In this document: positions 38,155-51,662 of the stretch, in pieces
Position numbering within the stretch: position 1 is the stretch's first letter
Layout: each line of letters begins with the position of its first letter
NCBI RefSeq assembly: GCF_006345805.1
Contig: NC_043004.1
Location: forward strand, 26,784,001-26,848,000
Direction: 5' to 3'
DNA: 64,000 bases
Origin: Octopus sinensis
Lineage: Eukaryota
Program-made: the position numbers and the translations under genes
Notes under the pieces: generated by a model
Database searches by the model: none
What the model was told of the DNA's origin: nothing
The model's input: only the letters and a program-made list of their open reading frames with translations

Positions 38155-40111
38155 ATCCATGATTTTTCCAGGCATTGCTGTTATAAGATAATTAATAATG
38201 TGTCAATTAATAATTTAAGATTTTACTTTATAGAATACTGGGTAGAGGGATACATTACATTGCCTGCTATTTTTAGCGTTTCGAGTGACCAGGTAGAGGC
38301 TCTTTCATTGGTTTGATTGCATGATGAGATTTTTGAGATTTTTTTACACATATATGTATAATATGCATATATAACATTGACAGAAGTTAGAGAGTAAGTA
38401 AAAAAACTGAGAGTTTCTTGTGTATTGGCACTTATCAAACATGAATTTGTCCATTGTCACTCTGTAACTTGTGATGAAATAACTTCTAAAATACAAAATT
38501 TTGTCAAAAACGTTAAGAGTAAACCCTATTGTGTGTGACACATTGTACCAGTATCAGAAGTTTCAAAGTGTTTAGTTAAAAAAAATTAATTTAATAATCT
38601 GTATATCAAATTGAATAGATCCGAAATGGATAAAGAGCAAAGCCAACCTTGGCAGAATTTGAACTCAAAATGTAAACACAGACAAAATACTGCTCCACAT
38701 TTCACCCAGCATACTAACATTTCTGCCAGCTCACTGCCTTAGGACTTAAACATTAATTTTAGCAATATATTCTTTATTATTCTTATTGCTAAGTGTTACT
38801 TCCTTACTCTCTTACTTACTGACACAAAATTTCGTGACATTTCACCCCATAACTTTTCTTCTACTCATTTTTGTTCAATGCGACTAATGACTCTGAATTC
38901 ATTATATGTTTTTCTATCATTTAAGCCTAAGAAAAGTATACTTTTATTTTAAAATTAAAAAGTTTATGTTAATTGAAGGTGAATAGGTGCCCTTGAGGTC
39001 ACAGATATTTTGATGTAACTTTTTTCTACTGAACCAAAATCTCAAACTACTTAAGTGTAAGTGAGGAGGTGTCCTCTCTAAAACTCTTAACAGATTGCAA
39101 TTTAGTTGAGAACTGAATTAGTGGTGAAGCTAGGAAGCTGCTGTGATTGACGAAATGGTGGACTTAAGAAGATATATAATGATTCTGATACTTTACCACT
39201 ATCTGTTCTTTTATGAAGTAATGTAACATAGTGGCTACAGTGTTGGGTTCATAACCATAAGATCATGGGTTCAATTCCCATGGCCTTATGCAGTGCGTGT
39301 GTGTTGAGTATGGTGTTTTATTTAACATCCTTCATCCCCTCCAGCTTTTTCATCCTATATGTTCTGCAGAGTCAGAGGTAGGAGGTCCTAAGAAGTTGCC
39401 CATGTCTACGAGTGACTACATAGGTATCACAATTATCAAAATCATAGTACTTGTGAGTGACAGCCATGATTATTACAGAGTCATAATGTTACTTTAAGTT
39501 ATCTCATGGTATGTTCTATATCATGTATTGCTATATGCTATTTATTAATATAGAATGTCACGTATTGTTATATATTATATATCATGTTCCATATATGATG
39601 TACATTGTGATATATGATGTATATCATATGTCATGATATGTTATATATCATATTACATATGTTGTTGTATATTGTCTTATGCGTTATACATTAGGTACTT
39701 TAAAGAGTTGGTGTATCTCATGCAACATAATTGTGGTTTAGTAGAGAGACAACAGGGTAATGCCATTAGTAGGAGAGGTTGAAAAAGTGAAAGGGGGTAG
39801 TAAAGTGCAGTGTCAGAAACAAACAGGGGAAGCTAAGCTAAGAGAAGTTAAGAGAAGATAGTATTGGTATGAATTAAAGCACTTTGTTAGTTAACCATAT
39901 AACATGTCAATTTTAATAGCTGTTCTGTCTGTTGTGTCTACTTGTTTTACTCTCTCTCTCTCTCTCTCTCATCTTCTCTCATTCTTCTCCTGTCTACAGT
40001 ATCATCTTTATTATTCTGCTAGAGTCCATCTTTTTCTGCATTATCCACCATCTACTCTCTGCTTCCTCTCCCTAGCTTTCAGATATCATTAATCACCTTT
40101 ACCTCTTATCC

Positions 40112-40317
40112 TTTTCTACTCTAGGCACAAGGCCCGAAATTTTGTGGTTGGGGGCCAGTCGATTAGATCGACCCCAGTGCACAACTGGTACTTAATTTAT
40201 CGACCCCAAAAGGATGAAAGGCAAAGTCGACCTCAGTGGAGTTTGAACTCAGAACATAAAGACAGATGAAATACTGCTAAGGATTTCGCCCGGCGTGCAA
40301 ACGTTTCTGCCAGCTCC
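40112..40317 (-). mobile_element. SINE family 2
   Basis: Reverse complement of the family 2 head and central domain. Confidence 0.85.
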
Positions 40318-40437
40318 CAGCAGTTAATATATCCACCCTCAACCCTACACAGTCTCAAAAGTCAACACCTACTCTTCCCTACCTTCTCTTCAATGTATAC
40401 TTATCATCCCTCAATATTTATTCTTCATTCATTATAT

Positions 40438-40653
40438 AACCTGTGGCTTTTATGGGTTTTTTCACGAGTAACCTTTCGAAGCACCTCCCCCTATTGGGAG
40501 TTTTAATTGTTACTTATATTTCGTTGTTATCCTGCTTTTGTACACAGACTTTTTCAAACAGACAAAACCCTTTGTAACTTTCGTCCTGTGTTTTGTCCCT
40601 TTATGTTTTAATTGATTTTTGTTAGCCCTTGTGGCCAATAAATGAACGAAATA
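40438..40653 (+). mobile_element. Probable LINE 3'UTR sharing its end with SINE family 2
   Basis: Ends GTTAGCCCTTGTGGCCAATAAA, versus the SINE tail TTTAGCCCCTTGTGGG(T/C)AGTAAAGAAA. Confidence 0.45.
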
Positions 40654-41371
40654 TATTTACCCCCTACACCCATTTCCATCACTAACTATCTCTCCCTCAA
40701 TTATACACTCTCGCAACCTCTACCCACCCACCCACACTTCCTCTTCTGCCCCCATTCACTTCCACTCACCTGATACCTTGAGGGTTCATACTAATACTGC
40801 ATCACCATTTTTTATAGTTTTCCAGGTCACTCCAATAACTTACGCTCTCTCTTCTATAATGTGAGTAGCTATGTTGCATCCCTATAGTAAGAAATCTCCT
40901 ATGTTCTGAACCTTTCTCTCTTGTTTTAATCCCTCTTTTCCTGACATAAAGCTGCCTTTCTCAAAGTCCATAGGCTTAGAACCTACATAGTGACCTCACT
41001 TGAACTGGTGATACAAAAATAGCACCCAATACACACTGTAAAATGATTGGCATTAGGAAGGGCAACCAACTATAAAAACTTTGCCAAAGCCGAAACTGGA
41101 GCACAGTGCAATCCTCAGACTTGTCAAACTCTCCACCCTATGCCAGCATGGAACATGGACATTAAAAGATGATGATGATGATAATGATGACAAACAAAAT
41201 ATTACCCTCATTTCGACATTTCATATTTACACCTACACAGTCATGTGATATTGGAATCAACCACACTGTGCAGCATTTTAGGTGAGTGATCCAACTGTCA
41301 TTAGACCAACAGTATGGGAGTTAAATTAGGGAGATGGAAACTGCAGAATCCCAGTGTATGCACACACACAC

Positions 41372-41422
<51 letters not shown>

Positions 41423-42232
41423 ATGCATGTATGTACATATGTACGTACATACGTACGTACAGATTGATGGATGGATGGATGGGTGGGAGGGTGGGTGAAT
41501 GGATGTTTGGGTGGATGAATGGATGGATGGATAGATTTGCATATTTATTGTTAATTTATTCTGGCAGATTTAAACACAAAATATGCTAGTCACTGTTATG
41601 TATGTCACTTGAGAACAAGTTCTTTAATTTAAAATGACAGTGTGTATAATTTTTATAGGTTGGCAGACATAAGCAATGATCAACAAACAATTTTGTTTGC
41701 TGAATGATGTAGACTGTAGCTACATGAAATGAAGTGACTTGTTCTAAGATACAATGTACCACCTGAATTGAACCCACCACCTTAAGAGCATGAGCTGAAC
41801 ACCTTAACCACTAAACCACATGCCATTAGAAAGAAATCTCTAGAAATCTATATTCCTACAATTCCGAGAGCAGAATAAGCTTTGTCCTAGCTTTGTCAGT
41901 TACCTTCTTCAAACCACCTCCATTTCCCATTGTCTTGCCCCACCTACTGTCTCTGCCAATCACCTCCTTTTTGTGTCTACTTCCTCCTGTGTTGTTCTCC
42001 ATCATTAGCACCTCACTCACCTGCTATCACCCTCAATGTCCTCATATATCTACTGCAGTCTGCATCCCCAAGTCTCTCTTATATTTCTCTCCTTCTTTTG
42101 CTACAGCCATCTTAATCCTGCCCACTCTCCCAGTCCAAACCTCTGTACCACCTCACCTATTCTAATCACCCTCAATGTCATTCGAGGGCAAGTCTTGATT
42201 CATCTTTACCATTGTCTCTCTCATATTGCTCT

Positions 42233-42460
42233 GGTGAGCTGGCAGAAACGTTAGCACGCCGGGCGAAATGATTAGTGGTATTTCGTCTGTCTTTACGTTC
42301 TGAGTTCGAATTCTGCTGAGGTCGACTTTGCCTTTCGTCCATTCGGGGTCGATAAATTAAGTACCAGTTACTTACTGGGGTCTATATAATCATCTTAATC
42401 CGTTTGTCTGTCCTTGTTTGTCCCTTCTATGTTTAGCCCCTTGTGGGCAGTAAAGAAACA
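42233..42460 (+). mobile_element. SINE family 2, full length with 16-bp TSD
   Basis: TSD TCTCTCATATTGCTCT at 42217-42232 and 42461-42476. Confidence 0.9.
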
Positions 42461-43009
42461 TCTCTCATATTGCTCTCTTAATCTTACTCTCTAGCTCACC
42501 CTCCTTCCTTTTCCAACTGGGATATCACTGTATCTATTCTACAACAAGCTACCTATTTCTGTCCCTCTCTCAAATGGCATAAAACCACACATGTTCATAT
42601 TACTCCCCTACTCCCAGTTAAGGAGCATTTGTCTTAGAACATATTTGGTCTTGGTGCCACTTAGTAAAGTGGTTGGTAGTCTACATCCAGCTGTAGAAAC
42701 AAACAAAGGAACCTGGTGTGACTCCTATCCATACCAGCTCTATGTCACATGGTCCAACCCATGCCAGCATGGAAAACGGATGTTAAATGATGATGATGAT
42801 GATTTCAATATCTTCTTTCTTTCACTGGAGAGCAATGAAAAGACAGTCAACTAATATCAACAAGGTCAATTACTTGTTTATGTATGTAATAACTAAACAC
42901 CAACTAATTGGATATTTATTATATTGTGTGTATCACACACGTACACACAAATATATTGCCTAAAACACACCTGTTCATAGACATCAACATGTATGTATAC
43001 ACTTATGCA

Positions 43010-43570
43010 TACCCTTCCTTCATTGGACACTAAACTCTGCTTGTGAAGACTTGTTGAGGCAAGTGAAATCAAAATCGAAATCAAATTCGATGACTGGCAT
43101 CCGTGCTAGTGGAGCAATAAGAGCACCATCCAAGCATGATCGTTGCCAGAGCAGCTAACTGGCTTCCTTGCCAGTGGCATGTAAAAAGCATCATTCGAGC
43201 GTGATTGTTACCAGCCTCACCTTACCGGCCCTTGTGCCGGTGGCACGTGAAAAAAACATTCGAGCGAGGTTGCTGCCAGTGCTGCTGGACTAGCTCCTGT
43301 GCAAGTGGCATGTAAAAAACACCACCTGAGCATGGCCGTTGCCAGTACTACCTGACTGGCCCTCATGAAGGTGGCACATAAAAGCACCCACTACACTCTC
43401 GGGGTGGTTGGCATTAGGAAGGGCATTCAGCTGTAGAAACTCTGCCAGATCAAGATTGGAACCTGGTGCAGCCATCTGGTTCGCCAGTCCTCAGTCAAAT
43501 CGCCCAACCCATGCTAGCATGGAAAGTGGACGTTAAACGATGATGATGATGATGATGATGGTGATGATGA
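43010..43570 (+). mobile_element. RTE-tailed repeat (family 3) with five internal 65-66-bp tandem units
   Basis: GTGG..A..TAAAAA.CA-type motif starts at 43109, 43174, 43240, 43305, 43371; then the GGCATTAGGAAGGGC..CCAACCCATGCTAGCATGGAAAG..(GAT)n tail. Confidence 0.8.
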
Positions 43571-43824
43571 TAATTGCAATGAAAGTAGTGAAAACAGTAT
43601 TTGATACTAAAAACTGAAGTCAGTGTGACCAGTGTTAAATGACTGACACATTATTTAGTTAGAAAGATAAAATATTACTCATTAAGACCAGTTTCTACAC
43701 AGCATAGTGATAATTCTGCACTAGAGAGTCAGTTGTCACTGACACACCAACTTAAAGTCTTTTATTTCCATATTCTCCTTTCAGAGAATGTGAAATAATT
43801 TGTAATGTTTCTCAGGTTCAGATA

Positions 43825-44035
43825 TACCTTATTTTCCAGCATACAAGTCAACATAACATGTAGTGTCAACAGGCAGTGTAAACATTCAAACATTATTGCT
43901 GTCTTTCAGAATTCTACTGCATTTCATATGGAATTTTTGGTCCTCCAAAGTTGTCTCAGTGTATAAGTCAATTTACCGTTTTTTGGTTGTAAATGTGGGC
44001 CGAAAATTTTGACTTGTATACTGAAATATATGGTA
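43825..44035. mobile_element. MITE, 211 bp, 25-bp TIR including terminal TA
   Basis: TACCTTATTTTCCAGCATACAAGTC vs reverse complement of 44011-44035 TACCATATATTTCAGTATACAAGTC (21/25). Confidence 0.7.
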
Positions 44036-44716
44036 TTCTGAATTTATCTCCTAACACTGATCAATTTGACTCAGTTGTTTGAATGGCAACAGTAATATAC
44101 TGAGGTATAGTTATATCACAATGAGGGTGCACCTTTGTAATGTCAAGTGATAGACTGCAAGAAAGATGTTTGAAAACTTGAGGCTTGCTGAAGATATAGG
44201 GAGGAGGAGGAGGAGTTGTAGTTATTGATTTTGTTTGGTTGATAGTATTGGAATCAATGATGTCTTTCTCTGAATTACAAGGAATCATTGTAAGGATGCT
44301 ATTTGTTCACACTATTTCTTGTAGTATGAAAGAGATGAGAAATAAATCCTGGATAGGATGTTAGACATTCTCACATGTAACTTTATCGATAGGGGATATT
44401 GAACCCAGCACTGCTCAATAATGAATCATCCCTCAGATAAGAGCACCACTCTCAGTAACGTTCAGTTTTATCAATTGCACCTAGTTTTGACAGATACTGT
44501 AAGTAAATGCTTGATCTGCCAGAAATAGCAACAAAATTTCTCTCAGATAAAATTCTACTTCACCTGATATACCAGAACTCTCATCAAAGGGAAGTACGCA
44601 TTAGATAAAATAGTCCTAGATATCACTAAATGTACAGGGTGGGCTGGCTGGAACAATTTTGATCATAGGTTAACTCAATCAGAGTTGACCAGGGGCTAAA
44701 CCAATAAGTACAAGAA

Positions 44717-44796
<80 letters not shown>
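44717..44796. repeat. (TAC)n microsatellite
   Basis: Direct reading. Confidence 0.95.
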
Positions 44797-44797
<1 letters not shown>

Positions 44798-45384
44798 ATT
44801 CAGAGATAGCTGAACTTATCGACAGAGAGTTCAGTGACAGTATGGTAATCATAGTACCTTGGTCATGGACAACATATTGTTCCTATTGTGTGAATTGAAC
44901 CATAGACTCACACATTCATGCTCAAACAGCGGAATTAACTTGCTTTTAACAATAACATAGATGTAAGTGTTATATGCAGATGAAATTAATTAATCTTTTA
45001 AGTCTGTTGATTAGGTTTTTTAATTATGTGTACAATTATTAAAAATATTCTCTGTCATGGTAAGAAATTATTTAGATTTCATAAAACATTCTTTTGGCAG
45101 AGAAATCAGCAGAAATAAGAAATAAAACAATAAAAAATAAATGTAAAACTGGAAAAGAAAAAAAGAAGACAAAATGTATATTTAAATAAAAATATAAATC
45201 AGTGGTAAAAATGGAAACAAACAATTTTACCAAAAAATTGTCAAGCATCTCAGAGGGTTTCATCTGGATGTTAGCTAAACATTAATGGACACGCAACATC
45301 ACATCACCACAAGTATTTGAATTAGTAGCAGTAGTAGTAGTAGTAGCAACAGTCACAGTATTAATAAAGCTAACATCATGATCA

Positions 45385-45805
45385 GCAACCCCGACACCAA
45401 CTACCAGAACCACCATATTTATCATCATCATCATTATCAACACCACCACCACCACCACCACCACCACCACCACCACCACCACCACAACCACCACCACAAC
45501 CACCACCACCACAACCACAACCACCACCACCACCACCACACCACCACCACCACTACTACCACAACCACAACCACAACCACCACCACAACCACCACCACCA
45601 CCACCACCCACCACCATCACCACCACCACCACCACCACCACCACCACAACCACCACCACCACCACCACCACCACAACCACAACCACCACCACCACCACCA
45701 CAACCACAACCACCACCACCACCACCACAACCACAACCACCACCACCACTACCACCACCACCACAACCACCACTACCATAACCACCACAACCACCACCAC
45801 CATAA
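45385..45805. repeat. Long (CAC)n/(AAC)n trinucleotide tract, about 420 bp
   Basis: Direct reading; source of the poly-His/Thr/Val/Gly ORF calls. Confidence 0.95.
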
Positions 45806-46236
45806 TCCATCTCTTTGTGCCCTCTCATAGTGTGCAGGTAAATACTACTCTGACTTAGAACTAGACGGCCAAGGTATCACTACGTGGTTTATCGTACATT
45901 ATTCTGTATTTTATATAAGTATGCGTATTGGTGCATGTAATTGTCTATGTGTACGTGTGTGTAGGTTTGCATGTGTATGTAAGTGTATATAAAAGCATGT
46001 GCACATAAAAACACATATGCACATATACATATATTTCCACATGTATGTGTGTATATGTAGATGTATGTGCACTTTTGCACGTGTGTATGAGTGTGTGTGT
46101 ACGTGTGTGTGTGTGTCTGTGTGTGTGTGTGTCTGTGTGTGAGTATGTATGTCTGTTACCCATATGCGAAAAATCCGAGTTTTTTTTTAGTTAAAAGCGT
46201 AGGAGTGCACTTTTAAGAATTTACCCATATGGTAAC

Positions 46237-46289
<53 letters not shown>

Positions 46290-46349
46290 TGTCAATGTAA
46301 AATGCAAGAAAAAAAGTATTTGGGTTTGACCATTGTCTGTAAAATTAGA

Positions 46350-46412
<63 letters not shown>

Positions 46413-47504
46413 GTGTAGATGGATAAACAAATGTATGTGTGTGAATATGTGTTTATGTGATTGTGTGTGTTTGTACGTATGTATAGGTATGTTTATATTT
46501 GCATGTATGTATCTATGATATTGTATCTATTCATCCTTAGACGGTAGTGAAAGGAACATACACACACACACACAGACATATATAATATTAATAATAATAT
46601 TAGGGAGCATAACTCCAAACTTACAGGGAAAAATTCGATTTAGTATACAAATCAAATTTCACAGGTCTTAGGTCGGTAGTGATTAGAGTCTGAAAATACG
46701 CCATAAGTCTACACCCCTTATGAGTAAGAAACCCAGGCTAACCCCATAAACAGGCCTCCCCATATAATATATGTATATATATATATATATATATATGCAT
46801 TCATACATGTATATACATGCATACATGCATACATACATACATATATACATATATATATGCATTCATACGTGCATACATGTATATATATATATGTATATAT
46901 ATATATGTGTGTGTATGTGTGCGTGTGTGAGTATATACATTTATGTATATGTATACACACACCCATTCACAAACACACATATATATCCATACATGTGTGC
47001 ACATATGTGTGAGTGACAAGATGCGCTCAGCATGAAGACGTGTTTGCCAACAAAAAAGCAAGGAGGAAGAGATTAAATCTGATCACTATACCTGACCTGA
47101 ACTAATCAATGGAGCTGAGACATTGTAGAAAAATAGAAAAAGTGCAAACAACACAATCCAATTGCTGTACCACTAGAGGTTCACAGTATGAATAAAGACA
47201 AACAGACAATGCAGAGACAGACAGAGAGACAGACTGGGGGATAAATGAATTTTTATGGAATGGTGAAATCCTGGAGTCTGAATAGAGATACACAGACAGA
47301 TTTTTCAATGGACAAGTGGATGCATAGAATGTGAGTGTGTATATGTGTGCTCACGTGCATACACCAGCCACCTGCAACACATGCATATGTATGGTGTCTG
47401 TTTATGATTCTTCAGTATGTGCATGATGTTTACACATGTATTTGCTTGATATTTGTGTGTGTATAGTTTTGTACAGCATGTATATGGATTCTGTCTGTTT
47501 GTCA

Positions 47505-47509
47505 GTCTA

Positions 47510-47563
<54 letters not shown>

Positions 47564-47567
47564 AATA

Positions 47568-47645
<78 letters not shown>
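47505..47645. repeat. (TCTA)n followed by (TA)n
   Basis: Direct reading. Confidence 0.95.
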
Positions 47646-47646
<1 letters not shown>

Positions 47647-47649
47647 GTT

Positions 47650-48720
47650 AGCCTAGACATCAGAACCGGAAGTAATCTTACATTGATAAATAGAGTTTTT
47701 AGTCTTAGAATTACTGCTAAGAAAACAAATGCAATTGGATTTGACTTCAGAAACAATAGCCCCACTGTTACTATTATTTAAAGAATGATTACTATTAACA
47801 AAATTAATGTTAGTCTTTTCAGTAAGTGGATTTGTATTTAACAACTTATTATTATGCAAAGAGATGATTTGTGAAAGATTTTTTGTGTTAGAAAAACCTA
47901 TCCTAATTCGGTGTGAGTTAATGATTGAATAGTATCTTGAATTTCTTATGAAATTCTTTTCTATAGCTTCACAAAACTAGAAAGGGAGGTTAGATTTGAT
48001 ATGCTTACCATATGGAATTATTAACCAAACAGTTTTGCTAGGTCATACCTTGTTAGTAGGGTAATTATCTTTAAAAGTCATCGATTTACCTTTATAATGA
48101 AACAAGGGTCTTAAATAATGGTTATCTCCCTTACACTGCAGAAATACATTACTCAATTTGGTGTCGTTATTCAAAATAAAATTAAATTGGTAATATCATT
48201 ACAACTTAATTTCATACCCTGTTTAATAGAGGAAGAATTAATGTCAATAAGGTTAATATATAAGTAATTTTTTTCTTTATAGCCTGCTTTAAGTAAGGCA
48301 GAGTTATAAAATTCAGCTTTATCATTGAAGCTGTCAATATTAGCAGATAATCTAGAAAGTCTAGGTGAAATGCTCCTAATTGAATTCTTTGTAATAGCCT
48401 TAGAATGATTACTGAAATAGCTAATATATTTTTAATCAGTTGAGGGTTTATAGTATGGGAAGTACAAATCATCATGCAAGTTAAGGGTAATATCCAAAAA
48501 GTTGGCTTTCATTACTTCATCAAAAACAATGCTTAAGCCCATGTTTTGGTAAAATTTAAATAAGCTCTTCTTAACCTTTTGTATTTTTTGGTTAGAAGCA
48601 TTTTGAAGGTAGAGTAGACAAACATCACAATATAGATCTCCATTGATGTTTGGGAATTGGTCAGCCATCTCATAAAGGATATTTTTTTACATACAAAATT
48701 TAGAGGACTGACCACTAAAA
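47650..48720 (-). mobile_element. Penelope-like element remnant (RT C-half to start of the GIY-YIG region)
   Basis: LYCDVCL (YxDD-region decay)..ANFLDITLNL..YFPYYKP..SNH..RLS..FN..ALLKAGYKEKI; downstream [16 protein letters not shown] (Cys motif preceding GIY-YIG). Confidence 0.7.
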
Positions 48721-49249
48721 GATGTTTGTGTCCATATACGTAAATATTAACAATATGCTAGGCCACTGGTTTTAATTGATTAATATCACTTTCTACCCTT
48801 GTTTAATTTAAAAAAAAAAATGTTCTCTAACCGGTAAATTGACTGCTGTAGCTTATTAACTGCAGAGTAATTTCTGATCTCAGTGCACCAAAGTGAGGGC
48901 ATTTGAAAGGATACACATAAATATAATTTGTAGAACTTTATGCATGCTGGATTTCGGTTGAGCGTTCTGTATCTAGTTCTGGAAATTGTGTTTTGTAAAT
49001 GACAGACTATGCTGATGATCTTGCAGTTGTTTATGTGTCCATATACGTAAATATTAACAAGTGAAACTAATTAGTACATAAGTAATCATTTTTTATTTCG
49101 TATATTTTCATTTGTCTTGCTTATTTTTACACCTTTGGTTTTTTGCTGAGTTTTTTCTTAAGAACACATTCTTCATGGGAAATGGTGATTTGATGTCTAT
49201 ATCTAGCATATAGGCTGTCCACTTTTAGTGGTTAGTCCTCTAAATTTTG

Positions 49250-49294
<45 letters not shown>

Positions 49295-49921
49295 CTATAC
49301 ACAAATGAATAATAACATACAATGGATAATTGTCAGCTCATTACTACTGTTTCTTACATATCATTTTTAATAGAAGAATGAGAACATTACTCCATTACAA
49401 AAAACCGTATTCATCAGATGAAAAGTAGTTTTACAAACAAAAGAATATCCCAAGAGTACAGCTGGGATGTGGCTGAAGTCTGTCCAGACCATCTATGAAA
49501 TGGGAGAATGACCAACAAAGTTGGCCATTGATGCTAAGAATATAGTTCTTGAAAGTGTGTAATATGTTATCTAAGGTCAGCAACCTGAGTGACATAAGAG
49601 TCTGCTAGACTGGTTCTTAGGTAGACTGGAGTGGGGTGTAGGTGATATCTTATTATAGTAGGCTTAGGTTAGTGGGAAGTAAGAAGAGGTACTAATATAA
49701 ATTAGGGTTAAAGAAAGAAAGAAAAAATAAAGCAAAAGTAAGGGTAAAGAAAAATAATAGCATACAAGCCGGTTAGGCATAGGGTCAAAGATTAGGATTT
49801 GCTAGCTAATGCTAAAGGACTAAGGGAGGGTGACAGAAATACTCAGAATTTAGGAGTATTCTGTGGATATTGGTTGAAAGTTGGGGGAGAGTACAAAGGC
49901 AATCGAATATTAAATTCTAAC

Positions 49922-50074
49922 TTTTATGCAATAGTAGTGTCAGTAAAGGTGGAGTACTACTTATCATTAAGGAGTTAAGAAGGGTTTATATAGTTTATTA
50001 TATAACCCCTCCTTCTTTAAACTCCTTAATTATAAGTAGTACTCTACTTTTACTAACACTACTATTCCATAAAA
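49922..50074. repeat. Imperfect hairpin, arms about 70-75 bp, loop about 8 nt
   Basis: First 55 nt of the left arm match the reverse complement of the right arm at 50/55. Confidence 0.85.
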
Positions 50075-50554
50075 TTCTGCAAATAATAATAATAATTTTT
50101 GTGTATTGACTTAAGAAAATACTTTAATATTGGGGCATATAAACCCTGAACAGAAAAATGTTTAGGGAAAATCCACATTCTTCCTTCAAGGGATTCAAGG
50201 GTTCCAGTATTAGACTATTTTCTTTAGTCAATACACAGTGATCACTTATAAGCTTTTAAGATATTATTTACAGAATATATATATATATATAGGGGAAATT
50301 AAATGATGATGAGGACAATGATGATTTCTTATTTAAAATTCTTTTGCTTTAGACACAAAATCTTCTTAAGTAATGAATCTGTCAATGCCATTATCAGTTA
50401 CAACTATCTCTAAATGTTGTTGAGTAAAATCTTAAAATACTGTTATATTTAGACATGTTAAATTTATATGCAAATTCTAAAACACTATTTACTGCCTGAA
50501 GTATGATAACTGTGAAATATCAGCTGTCAAACATTTCCATGTAAGATATTGTGA

Positions 50555-51662
50555 CTCAACATTCAGCCACTTTCAGCTTCAACAACTGCTTCTATATGAG
50601 ATCTAAATCAAGTGGTCCTGGTTCATTTTGGACATTACTCTGACTATGACAGCTTTCAAAGAATCTTTGGTATTATGGGTGTGTTCATTGACCTCTCTCT
50701 CAACAAGGCTCCACATGTAATTGTCCAATGGATTGAATTAGGAGGCCAAATGTTAGAGGTTATGTGATCATGAAAATTTTCAGCCATCCATTCCTGTGTT
50801 TACTAGAGCCATGTCTGATAGTGCAGAGTCTTACTGAAACAATATGGCCTTTCATTGCATACACTGCCTATCCACAGTTTAACAATTGTTTCCACGACCT
50901 CAATGTAGGTGGCAGAGTTAACTCTAAGGCCTTGTGGAAAGAAGTAAGGAGCATCACATGTCCTTCATTGCTGACAACCCCTAAAACCATGATAGTTGTA
51001 GGAAATATTGTATGCATAACACTTGGAAGTTCAGAAGGGTCTGCTCATAACCATCTGTCATTTGTTCTGTTAACATTTTGATCTTGGTCAAAGTTTTTCT
51101 TGTTTGAGAAAAACCAAATCAAATCTTCTGCTGGATTTTTCAGCTTGTTTAAGAACCTTTTAGATCTGGTGTAGTGATTTTCTTTTGCTTTTTCTGACAA
51201 ATTAACCTTTCCTCATCACATAAGACTATATCTGATGTCTTCGTGGACAACATTTCTAACTGTTCCTTCTGATACAAGGAGATCTTTTGCAATTGACCTC
51301 ATGAACTTTCTGGGATTTTAATCAATGGTCTGTTGAACTTGCTAGATAAATTCAAGTGTTCTGATGATTTTAGAGCATTTAGAATGCTTTTTATGCTTTG
51401 ATACTGGTGATATGTTTCCATATTCAGTCTCTAACTCCTTACAAACTTTATAGACAAAAGATCTAACAACTTTTAAAAATCGAGATATTTCTAAATCGCT
51501 ATGCTAAGTCTTTATAACCACAATAAGAGCATACCTCTTCATTTCTTGAGTAAGCTAGGGGTCTGCCATTATTATTTTCTGAAGCAAAGATTATACAGAG
51601 TTAGCAAAAAATGCAGCAATGACCCCAATAAAGGTATGTCTTCAAATACCTTACGCATCCTG
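50555..51662 (-). mobile_element. maT (DD37D-like) Tc1/mariner transposon remnant
   Basis: Minus from 51569: MADP*LTQEMKR..MRSIAKDL..WFFSNKKNFDQDQ..NDRW..IMVLGVVSNEGHVM..GLRVNSATYIEV..FQ*DSA..WPPNS..PLDNYMW..IEAVVEAESG; TA-CAGGATGCG end at 51662-51664. Confidence 0.8.

Noticed and set aside
43109-43400. CRISPR-like repeat-spacer appearance
   Set aside because: The spacers are homologous to each other, the array is internal to a eukaryotic retroposon and there are no cas genes.
45282-45830. Poly-His/Thr/Val/Gly ORFs
   Set aside because: All frames are open only because (CAC)n lacks stops; no flanking coding context.
46715-46745. Hammerhead-like CTTATGA..GAAAC
   Set aside because: Core altered and no credible stems I-III.
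49650-49860. Interstitial telomeric repeat
   Set aside because: Only scattered TTAGG(G)-like words, no tandem array.
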